Shown piece by piece: positions 62,511-64,000 of a DNA stretch of 64,000 bases. This stretch comes from Bugula neritina (Eukaryota; Animalia; Bryozoa). The notes under the pieces were generated by a model. The model worked only from the letters and a program-made list of their open reading frames with translations, searched no databases and was not told where the DNA came from. Position 1 is the stretch's first letter. Each line of letters starts with the position of its first letter. The stretch covers positions 3,896,722 through 3,960,721 of the forward strand of contig OZ037766.1 in NCBI GenBank assembly GCA_964035545.1, given 5' to 3'. A program made the translations under genes and the position numbers.

Positions 62511-64000
62511 ATTATTGTGATTTAAAAAAAATGGATTCCAAATTTAATGTTTGCATGGACAAGTTGTGACAAAAGTGCAGTTAAAAGATTGCAACTTTCC
62601 CCACTTATATTAAACACATGCAATGAAGGTAATATTTAATAATCTTTTTCAAATATAGTTGAGTGATGGTGCCAACTAGTTTAGAGTTTAGACTTTTCTT
62701 TAACCTGTAAATGTGTTGTACAACCTGGTGGAATCTATAGTACCTTCAGTAAATAATAACGTTCAGAAAGGAGAAAATAACTCCAAAGTAAAAAAAAAGT
62801 GCCATTGCCTAAAGGAAATCACTAAGAGCTGGCCTTATTTGTTTGTATCAAGTTCAGTTTCAACTAATTGCCTAAAGTTTTAACAATATAATTGCATAAA
62901 CTATTAATTATTTAATTTTAATTAAAAAATATTTTTTCTATCAATATGTAGACTGCAGTTGGCTAATTTCTTGATGTAATTATACATTTGGTTCTAATTT
63001 ATAGATATACAACAAATGAATCTGAAGTGGTTGGAGTCATAAGCTCTTTAATGCCTCAATGCTTCTACTAAGTTGTTGAAGTTTGGAACTCTGCCAAACG
63101 TCTTGTCAACTGTTATACAGTATATAGTTTAATAATAAATGGTTTATTGATAGATTCTATTACAGCAGATGGTTTTTTTTGCTGTTTTATCTAATAAAAT
63201 TGTTTGTTTTTACAGGTTTGCCATCAAATAAAAGTATTCATAATCAGAAAATTTGTGACTATATCGACTATTAAGCACTGCAAGAACCAAATTTTATAAT
63301 ATTTAGAATAAATTTGTACTGAAATGCAGTAAAATAAGATGCCCAGCTTTTACCTTTCACTATAACTTTATAAGTATGTTGCAGACAAGCTCTGCCTATA
63401 GGCAATCCTAACCCTTAAGTACAGTCACTCATCAGAAATACATGCTTGTGGGCAGACGTAGTTATATAACATAATAAGTAAGTTTCTCTAATATTTTGTT
63501 TCATTTTTGTTGTTGTTGATGTTGGACAAAATTTTTATTTAGTAATTTTGTTTCTTTGCAAAAAATATTTAGTTGCTTTGAAGCTTTACGTTATGTTTAC
63601 GTGCGTGAGTATTAGTTGGAATTTGTTTGTGTGAAATAAAAGTTTTTTATTCATAGTAGCTTATCGTCCAAACAATTTGTGGTGTGGAGTTGTGTAGATG
63701 TAGGATGTAATAATCCAATGCTTAAAATGTTGAAAGCTTTATATAATGGTGCACAATAAAGATTCACAACACCCCCAGCTCACTCCCAAAATTAGAAAAT
63801 TCTCTAACAAATCTGACTTTGTTATAAGAAATGCAATGTGGTCCATATCTTTAGCTTTTTGCTGGCAAAAGCGGATAACCAAAGTCTGTAGAATTTTATA
63901 GATTTAGATTTTAGTCTGTCCATGCAGCTTTAATATTTTAGCCTTGCAAGTATTATAGACCTGTATTTTCATGATGATATTTCATTACCAGTGTGCCCAG

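Overview
AT-rich, intron-rich eukaryotic genomic DNA from an invertebrate animal; the species cannot be determined from sequence alone. It is not prokaryotic, and most long entries in the ORF track are artefacts of tandem repeats. Splicing exons by hand (GT-AG, phase-checked) gives six protein-coding genes: the 3' part of a divergent class-A GPCR (+, 1-1240); RELCH/KIAA1468 (-, 3578-16258, C-terminal exons not found in the window); UPF3 (+, 18539-25676); FUT10/11-type fucosyltransferase (-, 26742-30853); SEC24C/D (+, 32357-48644); and an IRS/chico-like insulin receptor substrate (-, 50391-58645). Introns carry many minisatellites, a tRNA-derived SINE (2 copies) and non-autonomous TIR elements. 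The most unusual feature is two RELCH minisatellites built from the exon/intron junction itself. One is a 15-copy array of [GT..AG 15-nt block + in-frame 18-nt microexon-like spacer]; the other is a 6-copy array of exon end plus GTAAGT donor. Also notable: a probable antisense nested GPCR, FUT11-SEC24C adjacency as in human, and an IRS PTB domain that appears to lack the phosphotyrosine-binding arginines.
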